DNA from: Basidiobolus meristosporus CBS 931.73
Taxonomy: Eukaryota > Fungi > Basidiobolomycota
DNA: 64,000 nt
Direction: 5' to 3'
Assembly: GCA_002104905.1 (NCBI GenBank)
Contig: MCFE01000015.1
Location: forward strand, 62,001-126,000
Below are positions 11,053-24,483 of the stretch, piece after piece; positions within the stretch are counted from its first letter, which is position 1; every line of letters starts with the position of its first letter. Under the pieces are notes generated by a model that searched no databases, was not told where the DNA came from, and saw only the letters and a list, made by a program, of their open reading frames with translations. The translations under genes and the position numbers were made by a program.

Positions 11053-14000
11053 ATGCGAACTGGATTATCGTCAAATCGTAGACGTAGCCAGTCGGAAGTT
11101 CAGACGGTATCGTACCGTTATGAATCCTCTCCCACACCCCTCACAGCGTTATATGAGCTCAATTGGTTGCAAATAGTCCATTCCGAAATTACTGCTGTCA
11201 CTGCTGTGATGCGCAAAAACTCTCGTTGGAGTTCGGCGGTTGTAGCTAACGCTGGTGAAGTTGGAAACCTGGGTAGACAAGTGGGACTCCGCAGTTTCGG
11301 TGCTGAGGAACTTCCAAAGACGGAAGTATGTAACTTGTCTATGAATACCTCTACCACTACTTGCTGGATGCTCACCGATTCTATCTAGCACTCCTTGATT
11401 CGTGCCTTCTTTGATTTGCAAGCAAACCTGATCAATCTCACAGGTGACCATTCTTGAACACTTATCCTTACTTGGAGGCCTGATGCTGAACAATCTAAAT
11501 TTATCTCATCCTCAATGCCAGATGTTTGTGAAATGGATGCGCTGACTTTACTCTCTCCTTTCTTGGCAATTGTTCGTTCTGGTGATACTACTGGCCCTAT
11601 AACAGGGACCGCTCTTGATAGCTTGGACAAGTTCATTTCTTATGGGATTATCGGTACTTGTCAACTGACACTCTTAAACGATTTCATACATATCTGATAA
11701 TATAACAAAGGGAAGCATTCGCCAAACTTACCGCAAGCAATGGCGGAGTTGTCCTCAGCGGTTACCCATTGCAAATTCGAAGCAACCGATAGCGCCTCTG
11801 ATGAAGCTGTTCTCTTGAAGATTCTCCAACTGTTAAAAATTACCATCACATGTGAAGCCGGGGCCCTATTGAATGATGAGTCGATCTGTGAGATAATGGA
11901 AACGGCCCTGAGTATGTGTTGTCAAATGAGGCTCAGTGGCAAGTAGAATCATGAACATCCAAGTTACTATACACACCATTAATCAACATTTACAGAACTT
12001 TTAAGGCGATCTGCCGAGCAAACGATATTAACCATGGTCCAATGCTTGTTCAGAAGGTATTGTCTGGCCATTCACGGTCTATATACTGCGTTTGCTAAGA
12101 TTGCATTGCAACAGATTGGATTCCTTATCATCGGAAGCCCAAGAAGATACTCAGAACACATCTGAGAAATCGGATTCACTAGAATCCAGTGAGGATCTTC
12201 AAAACAGTCAAGAACTACGAGTCAACTTGGCCACTTCAAGTTCTGATTCTTCTTTGGGTTTGTTTAATCAGCCACACAAATCTCCCTTGGAGGACGTGCA
12301 AGAGGGCAACGAAAGAGAGTCCATCGAACTTACTGATGCTAATGAAGCAGCCGAGGAACCACTCCTCGCGGCAGAAAAAACACTGACGGAAGAAGCAGTG
12401 GATACCAAATCCAATTCTGAGGGCGAAGATGACAACGAAGACCCCAAAGGTATAAACATTTCGAGCGGCGGCACCTCGTACTTAGGGACACACTCTAATT
12501 TCTATTTAAGAACGCAGTCTGAAGCCGTTTGGTTTGCCCTCTATTCGTGAACTCATGAGAGTGCTGATTTCTCTTCTGAATTCTCAAGACCGGCAATACA
12601 CAGATACCATGCGTCAAATGGCCTTGAACATTCTTAACAAGGGATTTGAGGTAGCTGGCAGAACAATCGGTCGATTTGAAGTATTGAGGGCTATGGTCTC
12701 GGAAGAGCTTTGCAAGTACTTATTTCAGGTATTTATTCCATACAGTTCGTTTGGGAGAATTCGTCTAAACCGTGCTCTAGTTAGTACAAACCGACAACGT
12801 CCCACTTTTGGCGAGTACTCTTCGGTTGACTATGACGATATTCCACACGCTTGGCGAGCATCTCAAACTGCAACTCGAGTTCTTTTTGAAATTAATGCTT
12901 GATAGGCTGTCCCCTCCCAACGTCGGGGGACGACCCCCGTCTATTACATCAGATGACTCAGCTACCAGTAGGCCAGTATCGCCCTCTTTCAGGGAGCGCA
13001 CACCAAAAATTGCTCGGTCCTACGCAACGGGTGAGATCCGAGAAATACTGCTGGAATGCCTGGGGCAGTTCACACACAACTCGTCGTTCATGATAGATCT
13101 ATGGGTCAATTTCGACTGTGATGTAGAAAGTGGCGATATCTTTGAGGACCTGATCAACTTCCTCTGCAAGAACTCTTTGGCTGATCCCGCCGTGAATACG
13201 CCCTACTCTTCACAACTGTGTCTAAACAATCTGTTGATGTATACGAAACATGTCCTCGACCGCAACAGAATAACCTCGCAGAAAGATGCTTTTAATTCTC
13301 TTACGGACCCAATCTTTTGGATTCAGGGATCAAATGCCATGACTGCAGCCGATACCAGTCGTAGGCGGAACAGCTACGGAGGCTGGGAAAATAAGCGACC
13401 AGTAGTCAAGGAAGGAAGTTCCCTAACGTTTATTCCTTCCCATAAACTACTCGAGCTCAAGCGTCGGAAACAATTGCTCCTGCGAGGGGCAGCTGAGTTT
13501 AATGAGAATCCCAAGACAGGAATCCAGTTCTTGTACGATAATGGTATCCTACCACCGATCATCGAGAATCCAACTGACGAAGAGCATCTGACGATTATCA
13601 AAAACCTGGCGAATTTCTTGAAAACCACGCCAACTATAAACAAGAAACTTCTTGGCGAGTATCTCTCGAAGCCAGTGAACCGCGAAGTCCTGAAGTCTTT
13701 TATCGAATTATTCCAATTCAAAAACAAGCGTATCGATGAGGCCATGCGGGAAATGCTAGAAACATTTAGATTGCCGGGTGAAGCTCAACAAATCGAGCGT
13801 ATTGTGGAGACGTTTGCAACAGCCTACTTTGCATCTGAGCCCGAGGAGGTTGCTTCACAGGATGGCGCTTTTGTTCTGTCCTTCTCGGTCATTATGCTTA
13901 ATACGGATCTACACAACCCACAAGTCAAAAATAGAATGTCCCTCGATGACTACATGAAAAACTTGCGGAGCGTCAACAACGGTCGCAATTTCTCCCCTGA

Positions 14001-16766
14001 ATATCTCGGGGCAATTTACAAAGCCATCAGTAAGAAGGAGATCATCATGCCAGACGAGCATGAAGGACAGCTTGGTTTCGAATACGCATGGAAGGAGCTC
14101 GTTCAGAAATCAGAGGCCGGGAACGTCTACATTACTAGGAATACCCCTATTTATGATAAGGATATGTTCCTGTCTGTCTGGAAGCAGATCGTTGCTGCTT
14201 ATGTTGATGTATTCGACTCTGCCCAAGATGATGTCATGATCCAGAAAGCAATCACTGGCCTTCTGCATTGTGCATTGATCGCCGGCCACTTTCAATTGAT
14301 CGATATTCTGGATTACTTGACAAATCTCTTCAGTGGCCTAACCGGGCTGTTGGATGAGGGCATTACTGTCAATCCGGAAAACAATCGAGCAGTCAATTCC
14401 AACGGCACTGAGCTAGTAGTCAGTGATTTAGCCTTACAATTCGGAAGAAACTATAAGGGACAGCTCGCCACCATCATTGCCTTTGGGCTTGCGGACGAGT
14501 TGGGAAATTCCATCAGAGATGGCTGGAAACAGGTAAGAGGCCTCGGATCGAATCACTCTCTAAATGTGGTCATTAAGTTTTGCTTTTGAAGGTTATGGAG
14601 ATCGTTAGAAACCTGTTTCTCAGCTCTCTGTTACCAGTGGGAATGCTTGAAACGGAGGACTTTCTCCATGGAACCATTACTATCCCCATTAAACTCGATA
14701 ATCCCGACCAAGCCAAACCCGAGCAACGAGAAAGCTCGATCTTTTCAACCCTATCCTCCTACCTTCTTCCCTCATACTCGAGTAGCTACGAGTTTTCATG
14801 GGACGAGCCGCTTGAGATTCTAATCGAATGCACGCGAAGATCAGAGGAGTGCGTGGCTGCTTGCAAAATGGAAGAATTATTTGCAAACATTCGGTAAAGT
14901 ACAGCGGCTCCAACCTCCCGATATGCGATTAACTAAGAGTGCTCGTAGATTTCTAGAAATGCCTGCATTGAAGTCAGTGCTACACTCGCTGACAGCAATT
15001 TCATCCATCCATGACCCAAATACCTCTCCCAAGACCCTTAAACGCTATGAGCCTGTTGCGGTATTTTGTCTGGAGCTCACAATCAACATTACCATTCAAA
15101 ACAGGGATCGAATCCAAGAAATATGGTAAGTTCTTCATTGGGATTGTGTTTGGAGCCGATGCTAACTTGCTACAGGCCAATTACCTTGGAGTATCTAAGC
15201 CAGATTTTGAGCCGGGCAAGCGACCATCATGTTATGCTGGTAGAGCGATCTGTCATAGGGCTGCTACGGTTATGCATTAGATTGGTACACAAGGTACGTC
15301 AAAGTCAATGCAGGTTCTTACTTGCAAAATCGCTGAATACATTGCATGTACAGGATGAGATGATTGATGAGATCTTCCAAGCATTGAAGTTGATCTCGGA
15401 TCTACCAAATGACATCTTAAACCTTATTGTAGAGCAAGCTATGTGCGGACTGCTAAGTCTGGTCAAGGCACAGCCTTCGTGTGTAACGTAGGTTTCCATA
15501 ATTACTGTCGTGGCACTGATTGCTGTGGCACTAACTGTCTTTGGTTTTAGACGTAGTGACCGGTCGATAACTGTTCTCACTTTGTTTTCCTTGACAGTGA
15601 ATCACTCACGTGCTGCTAAATATTCGTTTGAGGCCTTGAAACTTCTCACTACACAGGAATACTCGCCTGGTGCCTCGTATGAGAACTTCAAAGAAACGGT
15701 CAGCTTGCTTTTGGAGTTCGTGCAAGCTGGTTCGAATGCATTGAATGGTCAAAAAGAAGTCCCTCATCATAGCCCCAAGATGTCTCGCAATAGAATGTAT
15801 GTTCCTATGTTCTGATCAACAACCCTGCATCTTCTCTAATCCAAATCTTTCTATTTAGTCAATCCGATTTCATTGAGCGTGCCTTGAACGCTGTAGAGAT
15901 GCTCTACAAACTCTATATCCATATTCCAGCGTTGATCAAGGAGAAGGATATCTCGATAGATCAAGGTTCGTGCTGCTAACTGTGAAATGCCATCTCCCAT
16001 CCTCTAACTCCTGCATTGTATTTAGCATGGCCCACATACTGTTTGCCTATTCTCGATGGACTAAGCCAACAGTGCTGCCATCCCTGTAGAGAAATTCGAC
16101 TCCAATCTTTGGCATACCTGCAGCGCGCACTCGTTCTTCCGGAGCTATCACCTGGAAATATTACCGCATGTATCAAGTGTTTTGATGAAGTGATTTTCCC
16201 CTTGCTCTCTAGACTTCTTGAACCAGAGGTGTACGCTCTCGACCCCCATAACATGGACGAAACGAGACTCCGAGCGGCCGGGCTTCTTTCCACACAATTT
16301 CTGCACCAATCCAACCTGCTTGGTGAATGGGACGGCCTGATTTCCCTATGGTCCAAGATTCTTGATCTGATGATTCTATACCTTCACGCAGGGGAGACGA
16401 ACTATTTGGTAGGGCCTGTCCACGTCGTCGGTATTTTCAACCTTTGTACTAAGCATATTCCCTCAGCTTGAAACGATTCCGGAATCTCTCAAAAACATGC
16501 TCCTGGTCATGTCTGCTGCAGGTCTCCTACAACCTGAGGTTCCTGACCAGAGCTCTGAAGTACGGAGTGAACAGCAAATCAACCTCTGGAATGTCACCTG
16601 GGAAAAACTCAACCAGCATATCCCCGGTTTGCGAGAGGAGTTGTTCCCAGCCCCCAAGGTAGAAACTGCATCTGCCCCCCGATCTGACGAGGATGGGCAA
16701 GCGAACAAAGCATCCGAAGCACCAGTACTGGAAGCTGATCTCTCAACTGAGACAATCAAGTCATGA
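11053..16766 (+). CDS. GBF1: Large Golgi ARF guanine-nucleotide exchange factor, GBF1/Gea1/Gea2 type (DCB-HUS-Sec7-HDS), many exons
   Basis: VMRKNSRW, CKFEATDSASDEAVLLKIL, HUS box LWVNFDCD, Sec7 signature FRLPGEAQQIERI, SVIMLNTDLHNPQVK, REIRLQSLAYLQR. Confidence 0.93.
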
Positions 16767-17061
16767 TCTAGTAGCTTATCTTTTCGGAAATGTATAAATT
16801 ATGCTCCCTGAATAAACCATGTGTTTGTTGAAGTATTTGTGGCGGATGGCCTCATTCCCATGTATATCACCACGATCAGTTGAAGCTCGTTTCCGTTTGA
16901 TACGATATGCGACTCAAACCTGAAACTTGATACATCGACAGCGAAGCGCAGTTAGGAGTGCTTTTAGAGTTTGAGGTATATAACTCTCTCAACAACTGAC
17001 ACAAATCCAACACTGATAAAGAGCTCGGTTCCAGAACTGTTGGTTGGTAACACTTGAACTA

Positions 17062-17481
17062 ATGGCCGGCAAAGTACCCTTCCTTGTCGTCGTACTGACG
17101 TCTTTATTTCAATTCACTCTGTCTCAACAGGTTCGGGACATATATGAGCCTCATGCAGGTTAGCCTTTCTCCAGCGTATCCTTTACTAGAATGGAACTTT
17201 CGACCTAACCTTCGAAGTTTTTAGTCATCATTGACCCGAACGGGCCCCGTCTTCACAGAGTACCTGCAAACATAGGAAACTGCCAGAAGATCAACTACAC
17301 TGTCGCATATGCCCTCCGCATCTCACCGCAGATTGGCTTTACACTGTACCAAGATGACGACTGCTCGGCAGCCGCCAACTCTATCCGTATAGACAAGTTC
17401 CGTACCAACGACTATGTCTATCCTGAGCTCCCGGTAAAATCCATATTCTTCTTCAAGGATACTGGCTACGACGCATATTAG
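17062..17481 (+). CDS. Small putatively secreted protein, 117 aa, 2 exons (intron 17159-17224); not in the supplied ORF track
   Basis: MAGKVPFLVVVLTSLFQFTLSQQ hydrophobic leader. Removing a GT..AG intron gives an open frame: VIIDPNGPRLHRVPANIGNCQKINYTVAYALRISPQIGFTLYQDDDCSAAANSIRIDKFRTNDYVYPELPVKSIFFFKDTGYDAY*. Confidence 0.7.
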
Positions 17482-17914
17482 GTGAAAATAGATATTGTCA
17501 ACAAAAGCTAGGAAGCAATCAATCAATAAATCAACTTAATAATCGAAATACGGCAATTGACGACAATTTAAATGGGTATCTTTATCTTTCCGTTTTCACT
17601 CCAGCAACCTTAATACGTTCTCCCACCAAATTGGTCGTTGCTTTGAGTACAATCACCTACTCGGTTGGGTCATTTCTGATAACAAATGGCGTGTAAATGG
17701 GTTCTGATGCTTCCTAAACTAAATCCATTACGTTAATTCTTGGCCCACCTCTCCTCATCATGTCCAATCATGTTGTCTCTTGATTGAACCAATTAGGTGC
17801 TGCAACTGCACCTGTAATGCTCCATCCATCCCCCAAAGGTCCTTCTTAACTAGGGTGCAGTTGCGCAGTCTTCCGCATTCCTTACCTCTTTGTTCTTCAG
17901 AGTGCTCTATCAAT

Positions 17915-19401
17915 ATGGGTGACAAAACCAATAACACCGAAAACGCCAACGATACTGCTGTGGACATCGCCCCTCAATACAAGAGCTCGTTCACTTCATT
18001 CTTGAAGGATGTTGCCTCGTTTACCGGCGACCTGTCTGCTTTGACCTGCCCTGCTTTCTTACTCAATGGCATATCTCTATTGGAATACAGGTTGGTTTTT
18101 GTGTCCAAGTATCATGAGCTGTAGTTCGTCAAACTAACTTGTATTCAGTGGCTATTGGGCTGATCATCCGGAGCTATTTGCCGCCATCTCTGAGCCCGAA
18201 TCCCCAGCTGGTACTCCATTCACCCTCCCATTGTCGCTTTATTTTTACATCTAACCTGGATCAACCGCGTTAGATCGCATGGTTGCCGCTGCTCGTTGGT
18301 TCACATCTACTCTGTATGGCAGTTACTATGCTAGATGTGTTGGCTCCTCCGAAAAGAAGCCTTACAACCCAATTCTAGGAGAGCAATTTCTTTGCAAATG
18401 GAATGATATCAACGGTTGTGGCGAAACCAGACTTCTCGCCGAACAAGGTAAATAAGCAGCTGACTTGCGAAATATGGGAGTCTTCTAACAACCCCTTAGT
18501 AAGCCACCACCCACCCATCTCCGCATTTTACGTCGAGAATACCAAGGCTGGGGTATACGTCAACGGACATTGTAAGTGCATGTCGCGCCCAGGTTTTGCG
18601 CAATAGGAAGTACTAAATATCAACCTGTAACAGGTGGTCAAAAATCCAAGTTCAAGGGAACTACCATCCAGGTAATTCACATTAGCTCTCTTCAGCGCCA
18701 TATCATTACTGACATGTAAATGTGTATTCCTATAGGTTATTCAAACCGGAAGAGTCACCCTTCGTCTCACCAAGAATGACGAGGTGTATGTGGTTACCTA
18801 CCCAGATCTTTATATCAGATCCCTCTTCACCGGAAGCCCCTTCCTTGAACTTATTGGCACCACCACTATTGAGTGTTCCAATGGCTTAGTAACCGAATTT
18901 GAATTCCTCGGAAAGCCTTGGTTTGGTGGTAAATATCACAAGTTCACCGGGAACATTTACAACAAGGAGGCCCCAGAAAACATTCTCTACACCATTGCGG
19001 GTAGATGGATGGCTGACTCTACCATTACCAACAATGCCACAAACAAGTCAGAAACCTTCTTCGATGCCACTGCTGCACCACCTGCTGAGCGACAGGTTGC
19101 CCCTCTGGAAGAACAAAAGGACAATGAATCCAGAAAGGTATGGTCCAAGGTGACGGAATCCCTCCAAAAGCAAGATTACGTAGCAGCCAACACCTTCAAG
19201 AGTGATATCGAAAACGCTCAAAGAGCTCTACGCAAGGAGCGTGCAGACAGCGGAGAGGAATGGAAACAACAGCTGTTCCATTTCTTGGACGACCCAGCGG
19301 AGGAAAACCTGAACACCTTCCAGTCCAAAACCAAGGGCAGCTCGAGCGATATCGGCGCATGGGTATACAACAACTCACTCCATCTTCAAAACAATCATTA
19401 G
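17915..19401 (+). CDS. KES1: Oxysterol-binding protein homologue, short Osh4/Kes1 type
   Basis: SFTSFLKDVASFTGDLSALTCPAF lid, KKPYNPILGEQF, EQ|VSHHPP fingerprint, KSDIENAQRALRK. Confidence 0.9.
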
Positions 19402-20004
19402 AAGAATATATCCGTATCATAATCTCATATTCTATTTGATTCAGAACTTTATAATCTGTCCGGTGCCCGGAATTGCAAATTAATATCGATATTTTATTCT
19501 ACTTTCAAATCTCGTTTAATAAATCAAGTAGAACAGGAATGGTTCCGGAAAAGAGTGGCGCAAGGGATTTGCAATGAGCATCTTACAGCAATCAGGAATA
19601 TGAGTATTAATAATCGTTAACAGGATGTTCTAGTTGTTGGGTTGCCAACCACTACAGAGATACTCGTACTTTGATAAGATTTTTCAACGTTTAGCAGATC
19701 ATCAATGCGTAGCCCATCATGATATTTTTCTCGATCGCGGTGGAAATAGAGTTGCTACCGGGAGTTACACCTGATCAGTGTTATCTAATCATGGGTTAGC
19801 GACATGTTTGATTTGATCAAAGTTACAAAAAGAAACGCTCTGTGATGTGGTTGTGATGCGGGATTCATAATTCCTCTACTCTTATCCGCATCATCCATTA
19901 TTTCTATTTTGGCCGGGTGACTTCATCGTGATGTCATGAGTTGAAGGCAAACCTTTCGGCTGTGTAGTAATGATTATTTCATTTTGCCGTGTGATTCATC
20001 TGTG

Positions 20005-20046
20005 GGGATTTCACAAGGGATTTCACTAAGGATTTCACTAGGGGAT
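20005..20046. repeat. Tandem 12-nt repeat containing GGATTTCAC (3 copies plus a partial)
   Basis: gggatttcacaa gggatttcacta aggatttcacta ggggat, about 1.25 kb upstream of the WOPR gene. Confidence 0.8.
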
Positions 20047-21286
20047 ATAGGTTTGGGTGGTGATTAGAATGCGGGTCTTGGGATTTGGTCAGTGGTTTTG
20101 GGATTCTTCATTACTATTACACATCTCTACTTTCGTGCTCTTTCTGGCGATCGCACGTACTCTTTGCCAAGAACCATGGCTGAAAATGAATGATTGCCAA
20201 TTGGCTTATGCTCTTGCTAACCCAAATCCTCTATCATGGCAATAATGGAGGCCTCGAATTCCTCGTGAATGATACCTCGTGAACAGGTAAGGAATTAGTA
20301 ATGACCTTTTCCATGGCAAAGCCAATCATCAGAACCCAATTAACCATTAGTAACGATACACAAAGGTAAAAGTCAGCCCGTAGGTCCACCCCAAAAACCA
20401 CCAAGATCTGAGGAAGAGGTGAGATGAGCACATTACATGAAACAATAAACGGCTGGGGTTGGCTGTAGATCACATAAGATATTAATAGTTGCTGTTTAAA
20501 AAATGCAAGTTCCTCCATCAGAGACCGCACCCTCCTATTTCGAACTAGCTTAATGGTGATGCCGGATTTAGTTGTGGCCATTCTGGAAACTACGGATGTC
20601 GACATGCGTTAGTAATGTTTGTTTTTCCGTGGTCCAATCCCAAAAAGCGTGCTTCAGCTACAAAATTGTAGAAGCGGCGCAAATCAGCAATACCAAGAAA
20701 TCCCCTGACCGCCCATATCCAGCAACAATGCGAAGGAATCCCCTAACCGGCAATATCCAGCAGCAGCACCAAGGACGACGCTGGCCGACAATAAGCAGCA
20801 TATCTCCTTGTCAATCCCCGACTTTGACCGCCAACAGTGAATCCGGAGGATAATAAGTTTAAGCAGACTTGAAGGTGCGTCATCTATCGAGTTAACCAAG
20901 CCCAGCTATCAATGGCAGAACTTTCCCCCTGTCGGTCCGTCATTTGGTTGGTAACCGGAGCAAACAATTACTTCGAACAGAGATTCATAGCACAGTCTTC
21001 CCAATTTGGGAATTTTTCACTCTGGCGACTACACAATTTCGAGCAGTATTGAATTCGGGGAATTAAGCTCAAATGATGGAAATTACCAGATATGGCAGCA
21101 GTGGCAGGAAAAATTTAGGCGGGCGTGGTGGGTGAGATCGGTCATATATTCGCAAGAATTGAGCCCTGTTGCGTATAAATTCCCCTCTTTCTCCCACACG
21201 TCGCCATCAATTTTGTATCTGCGGTGGTCTCTCTCTTTCCTTCAAGTATTGTACAGATATAGTATCACTCCATATCAATCCCTATA

Positions 21287-22237
21287 ATGGAGACATATTT
21301 CGGCTACATTGAGTCTGTCCACGATGCTTTGCTAGTAATCGAGTCCTGTCGTCTCGGCTACCTACATCGCGTTCAGCGACGTCTAAGCGAGAAAGAGCGC
21401 CAGAGTGTTCGCTCTGGCTCGGTGTTTGTTTGGGAGGAAGAAGAATCCGGAATGCGCCGCTGGACTGACGGTCGCGCCTGGTCTCCATCGCGTGTTCTGG
21501 GTAGCTTCCTGATCTACCGCGAGCTGGAGAACAAGCGTAAACATAACAAAACTTTGTTGAATCATCCATCTCCTCCTTTGTCTATAATCGAGGGCGACAT
21601 TGGCGAAAAACGCGACAATTCACACATGGAGTTCCCCTACAAGGATAGTGGGTTGATCAAACAATCCCTCTCGGTCACCACCTCGAACCATCGCAAGCTG
21701 CACTTGATCAGCTACTACACCAAGGACCATGTTACCTCTGGCCAGTTGAAAGTTCCTTCCTACGATTCCACTTTCTCTCACATTAGGATACCAAAGGGGT
21801 TGTATCCAGATATGACTACGGATCTCTTTGGCCGTCATGAAGACGCTAGATTCACACACCCTGAAAACTTTGGTTCACATGGCACGATGTCCCCACTTAG
21901 CCGACTGGAGCCTTGGGGACATCCTTCTAAAATGGGACGACAATCCCCACCCACTCCCGCACACTCATTCAAACCCTTACCTGTTTATTCTGGCCCCGAT
22001 TCGTACCTACCCAGTCCACCCAACTCGGAGCAGAACGTAGCATCGAAGTATGAATTGGACCTTCCCCCCCTCAAGCTCCCCCGCTTGCCTAGTCTTGCCT
22101 GTATGGCTGATGCTCGTTCCACCTCGATGTACTCATCTCAACCAGTAATTCCTCCTCTGGTGGTACCAGCACGCAATTATTCTACCAGTGAGGATCGACG
22201 CCAGCTGGCCAATCTTTCCACGATGTTTACCATCTGA
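21287..22237 (+). CDS. PAC2: Gti1/Pac2 (WOPR) family transcription factor, Pac2-like, intronless
   Basis: TYFGYIESVHDALLVIESCRLG..VQRRLSEKER..VRSGSVFVWEEEESGMRRWTDGRAWSPSRV.GSFLIYRE and GLIKQSLSV..HLISYY. Confidence 0.92.
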   Translation: METYFGYIESVHDALLVIESCRLGYLHRVQRRLSEKERQSVRSGSVFVWEEEESGMRRWTDGRAWSPSRVLGSFLIYRELENKRKHNKTLLNHPSPPLSIIEGDIGEKRDNSHMEFPYKDSGLIKQSLSVTTSNHRKLHLISYYTKDHVTSGQLKVPSYDSTFSHIRIPKGLYPDMTTDLFGRHEDARFTHPENFGSHGTMSPLSRLEPWGHPSKMGRQSPPTPAHSFKPLPVYSGPDSYLPSPPNSEQNVASKYELDLPPLKLPRLPSLACMADARSTSMYSSQPVIPPLVVPARNYSTSEDRRQLANLSTMFTI

Positions 22238-23342
22238 GGGGTCGTATGCTTGGCAATGTAGTTTTATTAGAGCAGCGATAGAACCTCAACTCTTCAACCC
22301 ACACTTGCATGCACGCCTTCTTGTTTATCTTTGCTACATACATACGTCAACGAATTTTCTGTACATAGTGTTTCAATAAAAAGATCATGAACCTAATCGT
22401 CGTTGTCCCGCGCTGGCCCAGCAAACCTTGTCGGGACGCTATCGCCGAAGATCCAGACAGTTGAACCGACAGGCGAGGAATATTCCGGATAAGTGATTTT
22501 TACATCGGCAACATGTTCATCCGTTCAACAAATCCCAGAATTTCCGGATTTGAAAAATCACCGTTCCTATTATCCTTGTAACGGATAGAAGTCATTGCTG
22601 GAGCTAAGTGCTATCGGTAGGACTGTTGTTTAAATGACCTGCATGACCGAACGGTGGAAAAGGGCGAATGGCTCATGGTGAACTCGTGCTTCGGTGTCCC
22701 GAAAATTCCGCCGAACGGAGCATTCAAGTCACTGAGCACCCTTCTCATGTATTACCAAGCGGGTTCCTGGGGATGATGGCCTTAAAGTAGGAATTAAACT
22801 ATTCTCGGGAAAAATACAGTTCAGCCCGGAACTTACTCGATGTATTTAAGCATGGGAACTTGATCCATGACAAAATATGTAACACATCGTCATTGTGATT
22901 CCCAGCCATTTAAATCGATGCCAAGTCTATCGCCAGATATATCCCAGCCTTTTGGTCTTACCACTTTGAAAGGGGAACGTGTCCAAGCTTCCGTACATAA
23001 TGTGTTGGAGCTCGTGTGACAACCTAAAAAAACCCTTCTTTCGATCAAACTCTCGATGCCCTTTTTGGGCGCACGAGCTATTCCGCCAGTCTTTCCTAAT
23101 ATGCATGCTCGCTGTTGGGCACCTCCAGAGGTTTTACCGGCCTTGCCAATACTTGCATACAGAGGTTATTTATAGCTTGAATTGAAAATAGCAACTATCC
23201 ATCTGCTCGTTTAGCAATCCCCCTACTCAGCGTGTCCCAGTACGTGGATGTGTTGAATCTGTTTATTATATGAGCATTACATGAATCGTGAGGAAAACTA
23301 TGTGCATGGTTGGAAACAAAATGTATACTATGTGATCCAAAA

Positions 23343-23879
23343 TTAGACCATAAAACTCTGTCCACAACCACAAGCTTCCTTGACATTGGGATTGTGGAAC
23401 ACAAACTGCGAAGATAGCTTGTCCTCGACATAGTCCATTTCAGAGCCAATAATGGAAAGCAGTGCCTTTGAGTCAATGAGCACGGTGACATCTATATGAA
23501 ATTAAGAATGGTCCATTAGTATCCATTCGTGGGGAAATCGTTGTCAGTTGAAAGCTGCGAACCATCCTGCTTGACCACTTCGTCAAATTTCTCTTTCTTT
23601 GTCGTGTAATTCAAGGAATAGCTCAAGCCAGAACAGCCTTTTGTCTTGACTCCGATTTTCAACCAATGAGGCTCGTTGTCTTTTTTGCTAGACTGTTCAG
23701 AAAGTTCCTTAATCCTGCCCACAGCTGCGGGTGTCTAGAAGTTTCGATAAGCCAAAGCCCACAGCCTTCGAAAACATGCTCAGTTACTCTATACTTACGA
23801 TGGTGAGGACTGCCTTTCGCGGCCTAAGCGCAGGGCCGCTGCGAGTGGCAGCTTTTTTAACTGTGGCTGCAAAAGACAT
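23343..23879 (-). CDS. ISA1: Mitochondrial A-type Fe-S cluster assembly protein, 3 exons
   Basis: Basic presequence-like start MSFAATVKKAATRSG, KGCSGLSY, GSEMDYVEDKLSSQFVFHNPNVKEACGCGQSFMV*. Confidence 0.93.
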
Positions 23880-24483
23880 GGTGAACTGAAGAATAAGCGA
23901 TGGGCTTCTTAGTTGTATCGAGTGGTATGAACGAGAAGGAAGTAACACTATCTGCTGTTACAATAGATAAGTTTTGAATGCGGAGGGTTGAAATGCGACC
24001 AACTGTGGAATACAGTCACAAGTCTCTGTATCTTTTCACGCTAAAAAACGAAGAATTATCACCACTTAAATACGTAACGAAATGGATTAATCACTAAGGA
24101 ATTTCAGAACGGATCATGCGATTGATACAAAGGTGGCCAAATTATTAATCAAGTTTCTATTCGTGCCGTATTCAAGATTACATATTTGACTTGGACTTCT
24201 GAACAGGAAACGATTTGATTTGGCATCATTCTCGCCAATGAATTGGTGATTGTTCTGATGGCTAGTAAACAAAATCCACAACAGACGATTGCTACACCAG
24301 AATTTTCCGAAGACGGGTTCAGCTCGGAGTGCCTCTTCAATACATTTTCCTCATGTCCTTCCTTAGAGGCGCAAGGTTAGCTTTCGATTTAGAGGTTGTC
24401 ATGTTTTATGTGAGAGTTGACTCTGGATAATGTGTGCACATCGTAGCTCGAAATGCGGTCTATACCAATCCTCTAAACCCAAG

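Noticed and set aside
19535-19580. tRNA-like A-box (AGTGGCGCAAG)
   Set aside because: No B-box or cloverleaf stems nearby.
20057-21287. ORFs 20057-20245, 20234-20605, 20572-20853, 20684-20899 and 21006-21287 as genes
   Set aside because: They are short and mutually overlapping, several start at non-ATG codons, and none has a recognisable motif.
19450-22830. Recurrent CCGGAA/TTCCGG motifs in intergenic DNA
   Set aside because: A handful of short matches, not distinguishable from chance without an enrichment test.
22979-23491. ORFs 22979-23185 and 23195-23491 as genes
   Set aside because: The second is an off-frame shadow of the last ISA1 exon; the first has no support.
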